Source: a virus
IMG/VR virus record: IMGVR_UViG_3300045988_035261
Span: 1-41,362 of that record
DNA: 41,362 nt
Strand: one strand, 5' to 3'
The notes beneath the pieces are model-generated. The model was not told where the DNA came from and ran no database searches. It saw only the letters and a list, made by a program, of their open reading frames with translations. The first letter of the stretch is position 1; each line of letters begins with the position of its first letter. A program made the position numbers and the translations under genes. Shown here piece after piece: positions 22,875-31,859 of the stretch.

Positions 22875-23057
22875 TTATTCTTCTGTTTTCTTACCACGCT
22901 TTGGCTTTTCAACAGGTTCTTCATCTTCTTTTACGATGCCATCAAACACTTCTTCACCAAACTGTTCGATGATTTCATCAGAAACATCTACTTCTGTTCC
23001 TTCTTCAACCACGCCGTATTCGCACAAGTAAATTTTCTTTTTTGTCGTTACTAACAT
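22875..23057 (-). CDS. Small acidic hypothetical protein (60 aa)
   Basis: RBS AAGAGGTG. Last gene before the terminator in the head block. Confidence 0.55.
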   Translation of the reverse strand: MLVTTKKKIYLCEYGVVEEGTEVDVSDEIIEQFGEEVFDGIVKEDEEPVEKPKRGKKTEE

Positions 23058-23069
23058 AAACTACACCTC

Positions 23070-23423
23070 TTAGATCATATCAATATCAAACACCAAGAAA
23101 GAGGAAATTGTACCACCAGTCATGTTATTAGCATTAACTTTGATGTATTGTTTAACCCCTTTGCCTAAACGTGTTACTACTTCAGTACCAGCCTTAGCAT
23201 TTGCAGGTAATGTAATACCATGTAGCAATACCGCACTTTCCATATTTTCCTTATGGGATGTATACACATTGAATAGTGGTGTGCCTGTTACATCTTTGTC
23301 GATGCGAATCACGAGCCATGGTGCATTATACGCATCGCCGCCACCGTTATATACTGCAGGTGAGGATGTATTGGATGTGATTGCTTGTTTGTTGTAAAAA
23401 ATATTCTCTTTATCTAATAGCAT
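23070..23423 (-). CDS. Hypothetical capsid-associated protein (117 aa)
   Basis: RBS AGGGGG. It is immediately downstream of the major capsid gene. No motif was recognised. Confidence 0.55.
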   Translation of the reverse strand: MLLDKENIFYNKQAITSNTSSPAVYNGGGDAYNAPWLVIRIDKDVTGTPLFNVYTSHKENMESAVLLHGITLPANAKAGTEVVTRLGKGVKQYIKVNANNMTGGTISSFLVFDIDMI

Positions 23424-23440
23424 ATATTGTTACCCCCTAA

Positions 23441-24424
23441 TTATCTAACTTGTTCTTCACCAATAATCAATGCATCAGTACGTCTAACTGGTGTACCATT
23501 AAAATCAACTGTGATTTTGCCTGGTTCTGCACCTGCTGCAGTTTGGTATTTATGCCCCTCGTTAAGTTGTTTTCGCAACCACCCACGAACAGTTTTATTC
23601 ATGTACCATACTGGTCTACCCATACCAAGGTTAGGGATTTTTTCTTCCGCATCAATCATTAAGTCGATAAGGTCTGCACCAGTAGCAGCATTTTTAGTCA
23701 ATTTAGTTACATCGATATTGCAGATACGAACCACATATCTCCAATCACGAACGGTTAAACCATTCTTCCATTGGTAGTGTGTTTGATATGCTTTGTATTT
23801 TTTACCATCGTTAGTAGTTACATCAACTACGCCATCATTATCCCATTTGAAACCAGCTTTAGAGCCTTTAGGATAAATACCATGTACTGTGCTAGGGCCC
23901 CATACTACTAACCAAATAGATGTTAAATTAGCACCTGTACCACCAGCATCGATAATATTTTCGCCACTCTTAGCGGTTTTATCAGAATACCGTGGTGTAA
24001 AGCCTACGAATTTTTCAGGCATAGCCTTAGAGCCATAGAATAGCGTAGTTGCCATTTCTTGGTTCATCGATTCTAAGAAAGCACGATCTTCTTGTAAGCG
24101 AAATTCTTTTGCGTTATTAGAAATATCTGCTAAATCACGGTCTACTACAGCATAAGCCTCTAGCATGCCGCAAGTATCAGTTGCTTGTGCAGTTGTAGAT
24201 TTGCTTGGTTCTACGCCGTCATTAAATACACGCCAAGCGACTTTAGGTAAACCAGTACGAACGGTAGATATATTCCCTGTAGGTAAGTTACCTTCAAGCA
24301 TTGTCATATCTGTTAACACTTCATTTGTTTGTTCCATGAGTTCTACGATATTACCAAGTGTCCCATCACCCTCCATGCGTTTTGTAATATCTAAAATTGT
24401 TGGGTTCATTACTCCGATTGCCAT
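23441..24424 (-). CDS. Major capsid protein (327 aa)
   Basis: Follows the scaffold gene and has a strong RBS AAAGGAG. The conserved-looking block TSIWLVVWGPSTVHGIYPKGSKAGF...VRDWRYVVRICNID is typical of podovirus HK97-fold capsid proteins, as I recall. Confidence 0.75.
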   Translation of the reverse strand: MAIGVMNPTILDITKRMEGDGTLGNIVELMEQTNEVLTDMTMLEGNLPTGNISTVRTGLPKVAWRVFNDGVEPSKSTTAQATDTCGMLEAYAVVDRDLADISNNAKEFRLQEDRAFLESMNQEMATTLFYGSKAMPEKFVGFTPRYSDKTAKSGENIIDAGGTGANLTSIWLVVWGPSTVHGIYPKGSKAGFKWDNDGVVDVTTNDGKKYKAYQTHYQWKNGLTVRDWRYVVRICNIDVTKLTKNAATGADLIDLMIDAEEKIPNLGMGRPVWYMNKTVRGWLRKQLNEGHKYQTAAGAEPGKITVDFNGTPVRRTDALIIGEEQVR

Positions 24425-24437
24425 ATATTAATCTCCT

Positions 24438-25067
24438 TTACATGTCTTTATAAATAGCATCCGCCAAATCTTTCTCTGTTGTGATTTGATTTGCAGGGCT
24501 TCCATTCCCTGCGTTGTTATCTTCGCCTGCCATATTAGCAATGTGTGCGAATAGTTGAATTACTTCTAACCGATTACCCAAGCCGTTTTCTGCCAAAATT
24601 TCACGGATATTAGGAATTGTCTTTTCTACTGCCTCTACGCCTGCGGCCGCTCGGCTTACAGTTTCATCAAATTTAACCCCTAATGTTTCTTTTGCGGTTT
24701 CTGCATACCCATCGTATTGTGCTTTTAGTGCCTCTTGCTTTTGTGTTTCATAAGCATTCACTAAATCTGTAGCATATTTGCTACCGAATTTAGCCAACTC
24801 TACTGCTTGCTCTTGCGTAGCACCTACACCATTTAGCATTTTGGAAAACTCATCTGCGATGGTTTGGTCGACTTCGCCACCCTCAAATGCTTGTGTGAAA
24901 TCATATACAGTAGGTTCTGCAGGTTCTGTGTTTTGGTCGGTTTTATTATCACCGCCGCTACCGCCTAAAATCGTGTTTTGGTTATCTTGCGTGTTCGGTT
25001 CTTGTGGTGTACCACTTTCCGCACTCGTTGTGTTATCATTCGTGCCTTGTTCTAATTCTTCTGCCAT
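24438..25067 (-). CDS. Scaffolding protein (209 aa)
   Basis: Acidic, with a low-complexity N-terminus and a helical remainder. It lies between the portal-side genes and the capsid gene. Confidence 0.65.
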   Translation of the reverse strand: MAEELEQGTNDNTTSAESGTPQEPNTQDNQNTILGGSGGDNKTDQNTEPAEPTVYDFTQAFEGGEVDQTIADEFSKMLNGVGATQEQAVELAKFGSKYATDLVNAYETQKQEALKAQYDGYAETAKETLGVKFDETVSRAAAGVEAVEKTIPNIREILAENGLGNRLEVIQLFAHIANMAGEDNNAGNGSPANQITTEKDLADAIYKDM

Positions 25068-25072
25068 GTGGT

Positions 25073-25378
25073 TTATTCACCTTTCTTTTCTAAATCGTTA
25101 AATAGTTTTTGCTGTTGGATATATTCAAGTTGTGCTTGGTGATACTTCTTTGCACCCTCAACACCATCCCCAATATGTCCGAGCATATTCATGTAAGTTA
25201 AACCAACCTTGCGTTTTCCCTCGTTGAAAAACGTTTCTGAATTGCCTGTAAACGATTGTTTCAATATGTTGGTATGGTCTAAAAGCCTACAAAAAAACCA
25301 CCTACCAAGTTCAGTACTTAGTACGTGGTTAAGAGCCTCGATATCACGCTCTCGTATTCGTTCTTGTTTAGTTTTCAT
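25073..25378 (-). CDS. Small conserved-looking phage protein between portal and scaffold (101 aa)
   Basis: The pattern GRWFFCRLL...FNEGKRKVGL resembles Bbp19-like small phage proteins. This is recollection only. Confidence 0.5.
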   Translation of the reverse strand: MKTKQERIRERDIEALNHVLSTELGRWFFCRLLDHTNILKQSFTGNSETFFNEGKRKVGLTYMNMLGHIGDGVEGAKKYHQAQLEYIQQQKLFNDLEKKGE

Positions 25379-27109
25379 CTACACACCTACGCCCATTCCC
25401 ATTAATTGTTGCATTACAGGGTTTCCATCATTCGCCGCATCGGTTGCTTGTTTAGCAGCACTTGCCATTTGAGGTGCTAATTGTGCAGCTTGCATCATTT
25501 GTGCTTGTTCTTGTTGTTCCTGTTGTGCTTGTGCTTGTTCTTGCATCTTAGCTTGATATTCGTCATTCGATACAATTACTTTTGCAGGTACACCGAGATT
25601 TACACCGTAATAGTCGGCCGCCTCTTCAAAATTAAACTTTTGTAGAATGTTAGGATTGCCCTGTGCTAATGACATAAGGAACGCAAAATACTGTTCAATA
25701 GATGTCAAGGATGATACCTTTTGTGCTTGTGCCAATGGTGAAATATATTCAATCTTCACATCTTGTCCGTTTAATTGTTCCGCCAATTCATCGCTAATCG
25801 GCGGAAATACACCCGCACGATCTAATATCGCATAGGTTCGTTCAATAATCGGATTAAGAAATTCAGATTGTAAGCGTTCAACTACAGGCCCTAGCTGTTG
25901 CAGTTTTTCCTGTGTACGTTCCATGACTTCTCTTGCTGTCATCTGTGTAGTACCAAGATTATCAAGCATTAAGAATAAATCCGCACTATAAGCACGTTTA
26001 ATGCTTTCAGATACGAATTGTATTTTAGCTTGCACATTCGCCACATCAATTCCTACATTGAATACAGGTTCAACCTTACCGCCTGTATCAATTTCCGTAA
26101 TGCCACCAGGGAATAAATTTACATTACCAATCACATCAGAAGTTGCACTCATCGGTGGTTTAATGCCCAATTCAATAGCGGTTGCTAAATCCTTTTCGAG
26201 CAGTTGCAACATTCTTGCATCTGCTTGTGCGAACCATGCACACCCTTTACCATAGCCGCTCAAATCATGAGTGGTATGTCTAGCAATCGGAATGGGCCAT
26301 TCATTAAATCCACTATGTCTTAATACTTCATCTTCTCGACTACCATCAATCCAATAGATGGATGAGTAAGGCATGTTTTTATTGCCAATTGTAGCTTTTC
26401 GGTCTTTGTTCGGTAACACAAACCAACACACAATAAATGTTTTTGCATTGCCTTTACCATCATCATATGCATTTCTAACATTGATAGGGCAAGCGTTGTA
26501 TCCAAACTCCTCGACTATCTGATCAGCAGTCATTCGATACTTTCTACCAAATGTATTTACACCGCCATTACTGCCACACTCTAACGCATACGTACCGATT
26601 GGATAGGATGTAAAGCGTACACCCGCTTTACTATCAGGCATGATGCTCATTGGTGATTGTCCGAATGGCAACTCCATATACACTTGATGTACTGTGTTGT
26701 AGAAATTAGATTTTGCAAATACTGCATATAGTATCTCTTCACGCTCATCTAACACTTCAGCTACTTTACTATTCGCCGCTACATCTGCATTTTCCATAGT
26801 CAATTTAAACCATTTTCGGCTAGGCGGTGTCATGCCACTCATTACACCGCTTGCAAATATTTGGCAACTTTCCCATGCTACACCATTATTTATCTTATCG
26901 GTGTAGATTTTGGATTGGTCTTGTTCATCGTCAAACACACCAAGAAATGGTAGTTGATAGTCTCGAATATCTTTCCACCTTGCAATGTACTTTTGACGGT
27001 TGTCGAACATCTGATTAAATTTAGCTTTAATTCGCCCATAGTTTTTAGGCTTAATGAATTTACTGTCAGTCGGTTGCCTTGCTAGATTTGATAAGATAGT
27101 ACCACTCAT
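25379..27109 (-). CDS. Portal (T7-type head-to-tail connector, 576 aa)
   Basis: Start moved to the ATG at 27107-27109 (RBS GGGTGG). Size and position fit a portal. The C-terminus has a Q/A-rich tail. The gene follows terL. Confidence 0.8.
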   Translation of the reverse strand: MSGTILSNLARQPTDSKFIKPKNYGRIKAKFNQMFDNRQKYIARWKDIRDYQLPFLGVFDDEQDQSKIYTDKINNGVAWESCQIFASGVMSGMTPPSRKWFKLTMENADVAANSKVAEVLDEREEILYAVFAKSNFYNTVHQVYMELPFGQSPMSIMPDSKAGVRFTSYPIGTYALECGSNGGVNTFGRKYRMTADQIVEEFGYNACPINVRNAYDDGKGNAKTFIVCWFVLPNKDRKATIGNKNMPYSSIYWIDGSREDEVLRHSGFNEWPIPIARHTTHDLSGYGKGCAWFAQADARMLQLLEKDLATAIELGIKPPMSATSDVIGNVNLFPGGITEIDTGGKVEPVFNVGIDVANVQAKIQFVSESIKRAYSADLFLMLDNLGTTQMTAREVMERTQEKLQQLGPVVERLQSEFLNPIIERTYAILDRAGVFPPISDELAEQLNGQDVKIEYISPLAQAQKVSSLTSIEQYFAFLMSLAQGNPNILQKFNFEEAADYYGVNLGVPAKVIVSNDEYQAKMQEQAQAQQEQQEQAQMMQAAQLAPQMASAAKQATDAANDGNPVMQQLMGMGVGV

Positions 27110-27110
27110 A

Positions 27111-27299
27111 TTAGCCACCCAATGTAGATTTGCCTGTGCCTTGATTTAATGCACTAGCCAAGATAGTACTATCAAACCCAGCTTTTTTACGTTTTTTATT
27201 GGTGAACCATTGGTCATCCTTTTTCGTCAAGTCATCAGTTTGTACTACTGGTGCTGGTGCTGGCTGTTTAACATCAGGCATTTTGTTTTTCATGCACAT
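27111..27299 (-). CDS. Small hypothetical protein between terL and portal (62 aa)
   Basis: RBS AGGGGG lies 7 nt before the ATG at 27297-27299. The protein is a basic/Pro-rich peptide ending GKSTLGG. Confidence 0.5.
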   Translation of the reverse strand: MCMKNKMPDVKQPAPAPVVQTDDLTKKDDQWFTNKKRKKAGFDSTILASALNQGTGKSTLGG

Positions 27300-27312
27300 T
27301 CGCATACCCCCT

Positions 27313-28767
27313 TTACTTAAACGGATTGTATTCCGTATTCGCCACCCTCTTTTGATTGCCATTTATTTTTTTAGTGACCCTAAATGCAAAGGTCAAGGCT
27401 AATGCATCGCCTTTGTTTGGTGATGGTAACCCTCGTTCTTTCATGTCCTTTTTGCTTTCAAGTTGTATTCGGCCGTTTTTATCAATGATCGCTTCTGGCC
27501 CTACGAGGTCATCATACAATCCTTGTTCATTAAGAATTGAACCGCCCTCTTTTAGCCATTCTTTCATTTCGCCCCACATGTACGCTCTCATATTGAGGTA
27601 CATATTGTTAGGCGATGCACCACCAAAGGCAACTAACCGCCATTTTCTACCCATCGACTTACCGATACTGTAAATACCTGTTCCATACCCTTGGTCAATG
27701 AATACCGCATCAGCTTTATATTCATCCTCGAATTGTGCTATTAGGCCAGCCATACGCATATCATCGTCATTCTTTTCAATCGTTGCTAAACACTTCATGT
27801 GATATCCATTACGCATTACAATTTCTAGCGTGTCACCACCAGTCCATGCAGGGTCTACACCGATAATCGTTGGTAGGTTATTGAATTGTCCTACTTTGTA
27901 TACTCGTCTCTGTGCTTCATCTACAATTGATGCGGATATAAATTGAGTATCCGATGCACTAGGGAATATACCTCTTACACGCACTTTCACAAAGTCGCTA
28001 TCCTCACCATGAATATCAACCCATTCTTGCAATTTCGCCTTGTTTGAGATTTTAACAGTACGGCTATCTATTTGATATGTAGTCCAGTAGGCACGATGTT
28101 TTCTAAAACATTCTCTAAACCTGCCACTATTACGTGTAGGATTACCGAACACGCACCATATAATCTCGGTTTCCTTATCTGTCAAAGCACCCTCTGTAAC
28201 TTCCCATATCTTATCAGATATTGCGGATGCCTCATCAAATATGATAAGTATTCTATTACCTTGATTATGCAAGCCTGCGAATGCTTCTGGATTACTTTCA
28301 CTCCACGGAATAGCATCTATCCGCCATGTCTTTTCGTACTGTTTATCAGCACTAAACAATGCGGTTGCCGTGTATGTAAATAGTTCCTTACCTATAAACA
28401 GGTTGTACCATTTGTTAAGTTCCGCCCAAGTCTTAGACTTTAACTGTGTATCAGTATTAGCGGTTACAACTCCCCTCGTATTCTCATGTGTAGCAATAGC
28501 AAATAGAATTAAAATCGATGAAAAGGCTGACTTACCAATACCATGACCAGATGCAACTGCAATTTGTATTGCCTTAGCTAATGACTTTCCCTTGCGTAAT
28601 TCCTCACCTATTTTCTTGAAAGCATTAACCTGCCATTCGTCTGGCCCATCAAAATTTTCAAGCGGTGTCCCTTTTTCACCCCAAGGAAAAGAGAAGTATG
28701 CAAAGCCTAATGGATCATGCGTAAACGAACCCAACGCATCAATCAGTTGTGCCTTGTTGTACTTCAT
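27313..28767 (-). CDS. terL: Terminase large subunit
   Basis: Walker A-like VASGHGIGKSAF and Walker B-like LIIFDEASAI, with a C-terminal nuclease-sized half. It overlaps the terS 3' end. Confidence 0.85.
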   Translation of the reverse strand: MKYNKAQLIDALGSFTHDPLGFAYFSFPWGEKGTPLENFDGPDEWQVNAFKKIGEELRKGKSLAKAIQIAVASGHGIGKSAFSSILILFAIATHENTRGVVTANTDTQLKSKTWAELNKWYNLFIGKELFTYTATALFSADKQYEKTWRIDAIPWSESNPEAFAGLHNQGNRILIIFDEASAISDKIWEVTEGALTDKETEIIWCVFGNPTRNSGRFRECFRKHRAYWTTYQIDSRTVKISNKAKLQEWVDIHGEDSDFVKVRVRGIFPSASDTQFISASIVDEAQRRVYKVGQFNNLPTIIGVDPAWTGGDTLEIVMRNGYHMKCLATIEKNDDDMRMAGLIAQFEDEYKADAVFIDQGYGTGIYSIGKSMGRKWRLVAFGGASPNNMYLNMRAYMWGEMKEWLKEGGSILNEQGLYDDLVGPEAIIDKNGRIQLESKKDMKERGLPSPNKGDALALTFAFRVTKKINGNQKRVANTEYNPFK

Positions 28768-29191
28768 CTGATTTCACCCTTGCTTGTTTCATCCTATCGG
28801 ATATATCAATCTCTATTTCTGCATCTAGTTTCACCTTATCGGTAAATAGCATGTGCCGTTTACCCAACAACTCGGCTGCTTTGGTTCTATCTGCAATCGA
28901 AGTATCCAAACCGAATGCATCTTTCTCTTCACCATTCATAACCTTGGTTAGGTACTCCAGCACTTCATCAGCAGTTGCGATTGTGTTTTTACTACGCTCA
29001 TTCATGACTGCATCTATATATTGACGGACGTTAACTTTTGTCAATAACTGACTACCTTTAGTTCTTGCCGTCTTTTCTGAATATCCAGCAGTAATTGCAC
29101 TTTGTGTTCCGTTGGTGGTCTTAACGTATTCATCAGCAAATATGCGTTCTTTCTTAGTTAGTTTTTTTGCTAATTCATTTATACTCGCCAA
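28739..29191 (-). CDS. terS: Terminase small subunit (TTG start)
   Basis: KKERIFADEYVKTTNGTQSAITAGYSEKTARTKGSQLL matches the Terminase_2-type small subunit N-terminal HTH pattern. RBS AAAGGTGGTGAG is present. Confidence 0.75.
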   Translation of the reverse strand: MASINELAKKLTKKERIFADEYVKTTNGTQSAITAGYSEKTARTKGSQLLTKVNVRQYIDAVMNERSKNTIATADEVLEYLTKVMNGEEKDAFGLDTSIADRTKAAELLGKRHMLFTDKVKLDAEIEIDISDRMKQARVKSDEVQQGTTD

Positions 29192-29193
29192 TG

Positions 29194-29541
29194 CTACTCA
29201 CCACCTTTATATGTCTTAACTAAAAATAGCAGTACTTCATGTTGCTTAGTACTGCTATACTCACTTTCTTTCTTATAGAGTTGTCCTTGCTTGAACGTTT
29301 TCCCTTTCTTGTACTTGTGAGGAAATGTTAGTTTGTACTCTTCCTCGGTGTACATTCGATTGACGATATATACCTTACAAGGCTTATCATATTTACTCCA
29401 TGATTGCCTTACATCAACTACATATCGCCTACCATTCATCTGTAATGCTTTAAGTAGTTTCTTTATCGTTGGCTGATAATTCACATTAAGCACCACACAA
29501 TACCGACTACAATCAACACACCGCACACAATAGCTAGACAA
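29194..29541 (-). CDS. Hypothetical basic protein (up to 115 aa; start uncertain, possibly the GTG overlapping the upstream stop)
   Basis: Open frame directly upstream of terS. No motif was recognised. Confidence 0.45.
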   Translation of the reverse strand: MSSYCVRCVDCSRYCVVLNVNYQPTIKKLLKALQMNGRRYVVDVRQSWSKYDKPCKVYIVNRMYTEEEYKLTFPHKYKKGKTFKQGQLYKKESEYSSTKQHEVLLFLVKTYKGGE

Positions 29542-29681
29542 TCAATAAGGCTAAACAAGTTGTCTTCACGATGTTCAAACGCATATTTTGCTTTTGCCTG
29601 TAAGTCTTTATTATCTAAATCTTGTGCAGCTTTTTTGAATAATGCTCTATCTTTAATAAATTGTTTAATTGCATTAATCAT
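29481..29681 (-). CDS. Small protein with a C-terminal TM helix (66 aa)
   Basis: The C-terminus LIDCLAIVCGVLIVVGIVWCLM is hydrophobic. Confidence 0.5.
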   Translation of the reverse strand: MINAIKQFIKDRALFKKAAQDLDNKDLQAKAKYAFEHREDNLFSLIDCLAIVCGVLIVVGIVWCLM

Positions 29682-29872
29682 TTTAGTACTTCACCGCCTT
29701 TCCGTTTTAATTTCCCATTAGATCGCACACACAAACCGCATGCACTTTTGCTTGCGTTCCCCTGTGTAATGTACGTTTGGCATAATCCGTCATACTCAAT
29801 GACATTCGCCGTACACTTCCCTTTCTTGTTGTTTAAGCATTTACGCTTACAACACATAATATCAGTCATCAT
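29678..29872 (-). CDS. Small Cys-rich protein, DUF1540-like pattern (64 aa; start at MMTDIM)
   Basis: RBS AAGGGAG. The CKRKCLNNKKGKCTANVIEYDGLCQTYI pattern resembles DUF1540. First gene after the large non-coding region. Confidence 0.5.
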   Translation of the reverse strand: MMTDIMCCKRKCLNNKKGKCTANVIEYDGLCQTYITQGNASKSACGLCVRSNGKLKRKGGEVLK

Positions 29873-29904
29873 TTCTCCCTTTTTGATAACTTTATGCAAA
29901 AAAT

Positions 29905-29930
29905 GAGATATATCGCCGTGGATATACCTC
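29905..29930. promoter_or_regulatory. Imperfect palindrome gagatatatc-gccgtg-gatatacctc upstream of the first late gene
   Basis: 9 of 10 complementary arms with a 6-bp spacer, about 35 bp upstream of the 29872 start. Confidence 0.4.
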
Positions 29931-30276
29931 ATTATGTGATAGTTTTATTCATTTGTAGTGTAATGATTATTCAAAAATAATTGCACTCTCTAAACCGATA
30001 CCGCTAGATATATTTCAGTTGTTTGGAGGCTCATGAAATCACGTATCTTTTATTGCATCATTGGAAAGGATGCGGTATCAGTTTACAAAATGCAATATAT
30101 GAGGTGCGGTGAACAGAAAGAATATAGATTATGTATGCTTGAAAAACAATTCGTGTATTTCTTAATCTTAATAAAATATAAAACCGCACCTCAATATTTT
30201 GTTATTGTGCCTGCAACAGCACGATTGCTCATCGGCAACCTTTACACCTTATATTCTACTATATATTGACAAAGAC

Positions 30277-30756
30277 TTATACGGACATTTGCGGACATTT
30301 GCGGACATTTGCGGACAACTTTTTTCCACATTCTATCAACGCTCTTTCTTTATACCTCTTGGCCTGTTTTGCCGAGTAGCATCCAATCATTTTATAAGCA
30401 TCTTCGGTAGTATTGTTCAACACGTACTCGTACCTCAAGATGATTGCCCCCAGTTTTTCGTCTAAACTATCAATCAATCTGATCGCATCGCATTTTAATT
30501 TAGACAACTCATCAATACGATTATCACGCTCTTTCACTATATCCAAAAATCTAGCTACACTTCCTTCTAATCCTTGCGGAGTGCCACCGCCTGATACTCT
30601 GTCTTTACTGTAATCAATAGCACCTATCGATGTAAGGTTTGCTCGTAGTTGGTTGATTTCTTCCTTGATAGATGCAATCTGTACATCTATTAACTTAACA
30701 GGTTGTAGGTATTCAACCGCCTTTTCTATCAGTTGTTTTTCGTCTAATTCTCCCAA
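30277..30756 (-). CDS. Putative late-gene transcriptional activator (sigma region-4/RinA/ArpU/DUF1492-like; TTG start)
   Basis: RBS GAGGTGA lies 6 nt before the TTG at 30754-30756. The C-terminal LRYEYVLNNTTEDAYKMIGCYSAKQAKRYKERAL resembles sigma-like HTH regulators. It is the last gene of the early operon, before the packaging genes. Confidence 0.45.
   Translation of the reverse strand: MGELDEKQLIEKAVEYLQPVKLIDVQIASIKEEINQLRANLTSIGAIDYSKDRVSGGGTPQGLEGSVARFLDIVKERDNRIDELSKLKCDAIRLIDSLDEKLGAIILRYEYVLNNTTEDAYKMIGCYSAKQAKRYKERALIECGKKLSANVRKCPQMSV
30282..30317. repeat. Tandem 10-bp repeat (g)cggacattt x about 3.7
   Basis: cggacatttgcggacatttgcggacatttgcggaca overlaps the last 12 codons of the preceding regulator gene. 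Confidence 0.9.
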
Positions 30757-30788
30757 ACACTTCACCTCACTCTTTACGCATCGTGTAT

Positions 30789-31184
30789 TTATACTTCTGC
30801 TAGTTTCGCTAATCTCCAAGGTAATGCATGTTTATTTTCAAGGCTCCAAGATGTTGCGCCATTTTTCCAAGCATATACAGTTTCATCTTTATAATACGCA
30901 AAATAGCGTTTTTTCCAATCGTTACTGTCAAAATCCTTAACCAATATAGGCGTGTCAACGGGCAATTTCGACCAATCAGCAATACCTAGATATTCAGCAA
31001 TATCAATCAACTGGTCTTTTTCCTCAAAACACGTACTACCCACCATCACACGTGGCAAGAAAGGGTTTAAAAACTCCCTTTCACCGTTAAAAAAGAACAA
31101 TACATCATCTTCAATTTCGGCTTTTCTAAAGCCTAAATCATACATGCGTTTAAATAGTTCATCTGTAAATTGTTTGTTATTCAT
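30789..31184 (-). CDS. Hypothetical protein (131 aa)
   Basis: Open frame within the early operon. No motif was recognised. Confidence 0.55.
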   Translation of the reverse strand: MNNKQFTDELFKRMYDLGFRKAEIEDDVLFFFNGEREFLNPFLPRVMVGSTCFEEKDQLIDIAEYLGIADWSKLPVDTPILVKDFDSNDWKKRYFAYYKDETVYAWKNGATSWSLENKHALPWRLAKLAEV

Positions 31185-31399
31185 ACTCTAAACCACTTCT
31201 TTCTTGTTTCACTATATTGATACAACTCTGGAAATTCCAATTCTATTTCTCCGTTCTTTTTTACAGCCACTCCAACAATAAACCGCTTTTCATCACTTTC
31301 ATAAGCTAGCTTTTTAAGAAATTCAATAGCACTTTCTTTTGTTTCGTGTACGTCTATAAAATAATCAGAATGTACAACGTATCCGCTATAAGCCGTCAT
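31181..31399 (-). CDS. Hypothetical protein (72 aa)
   Basis: RBS AGGTGG lies 5 nt before the ATG at 31397-31399. Confidence 0.5.
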   Translation of the reverse strand: MTAYSGYVVHSDYFIDVHETKESAIEFLKKLAYESDEKRFIVGVAVKKNGEIELEFPELYQYSETRKKWFRV

Positions 31400-31400
31400 A

Positions 31401-31859
31401 TCAACCACCTAATGTTGGACATTCACATTCCCATATGTAATCTTCAAATTCATGCACGTTATAAAGAACTTCATCACCATTTGATTTATATTCAAATTCC
31501 TCTGCAAAGTTCATGCCACATTCGTAACACTTGCCTCTGATATCCAATCCATATTTTTTAGCAAGTTTCGGATATCCTTGCCTATTAACACACCATGCAT
31601 GTTTTATTTTGATACAGAAAACTCCTAAGCCATCCTCACCAAAACAAATGTAATCATCTGAGTTTTTAGCATCCTCTGCACTCACATAAGATCTAACTAA
31701 TGAGTTTAAAAATATGTTTTCAAACGGAATATTTGGCATTAACTCATCATACTTTTCTTCAAATACAGGTTCAGAATCGTTAAATTCAGATTTAATAAAC
31801 TTCATTAAACTTTCTTTTGAGCCTCTGAACTTAATCCAACCTTCACACCAATTCGGCAT
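31401..31859 (-). CDS. Hypothetical protein starting MPNWCEGW (DUF1281-like N-terminus, 152 aa)
   Basis: RBS AGAGGTGAG. An MPNW start is typical of DUF1281/Api92-like proteins, as I recall. Confidence 0.5.
   Translation of the reverse strand: MPNWCEGWIKFRGSKESLMKFIKSEFNDSEPVFEEKYDELMPNIPFENIFLNSLVRSYVSAEDAKNSDDYICFGEDGLGVFCIKIKHAWCVNRQGYPKLAKKYGLDIRGKCYECGMNFAEEFEYKSNGDEVLYNVHEFEDYIWECECPTLGG

Noticed and set aside
30033-30269. 78-aa plus-strand ORF in the large intergenic region, preceded by GGAGG
   Set aside because: The GGAGG is only 3 nt from the ATG. The composition is odd (Tyr/Ile/Cys-rich with no domain-like pattern), and the frame runs through the inverted repeats. I treat the region as non-coding and structured, though a small plus-strand gene cannot be fully excluded.
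30282-30317. The tandem repeats as a CRISPR array or minisatellite
   Set aside because: The unit is only 10 bp with no spacers, so it is not CRISPR-like. It is reported as a tandem-repeat regulatory candidate instead.
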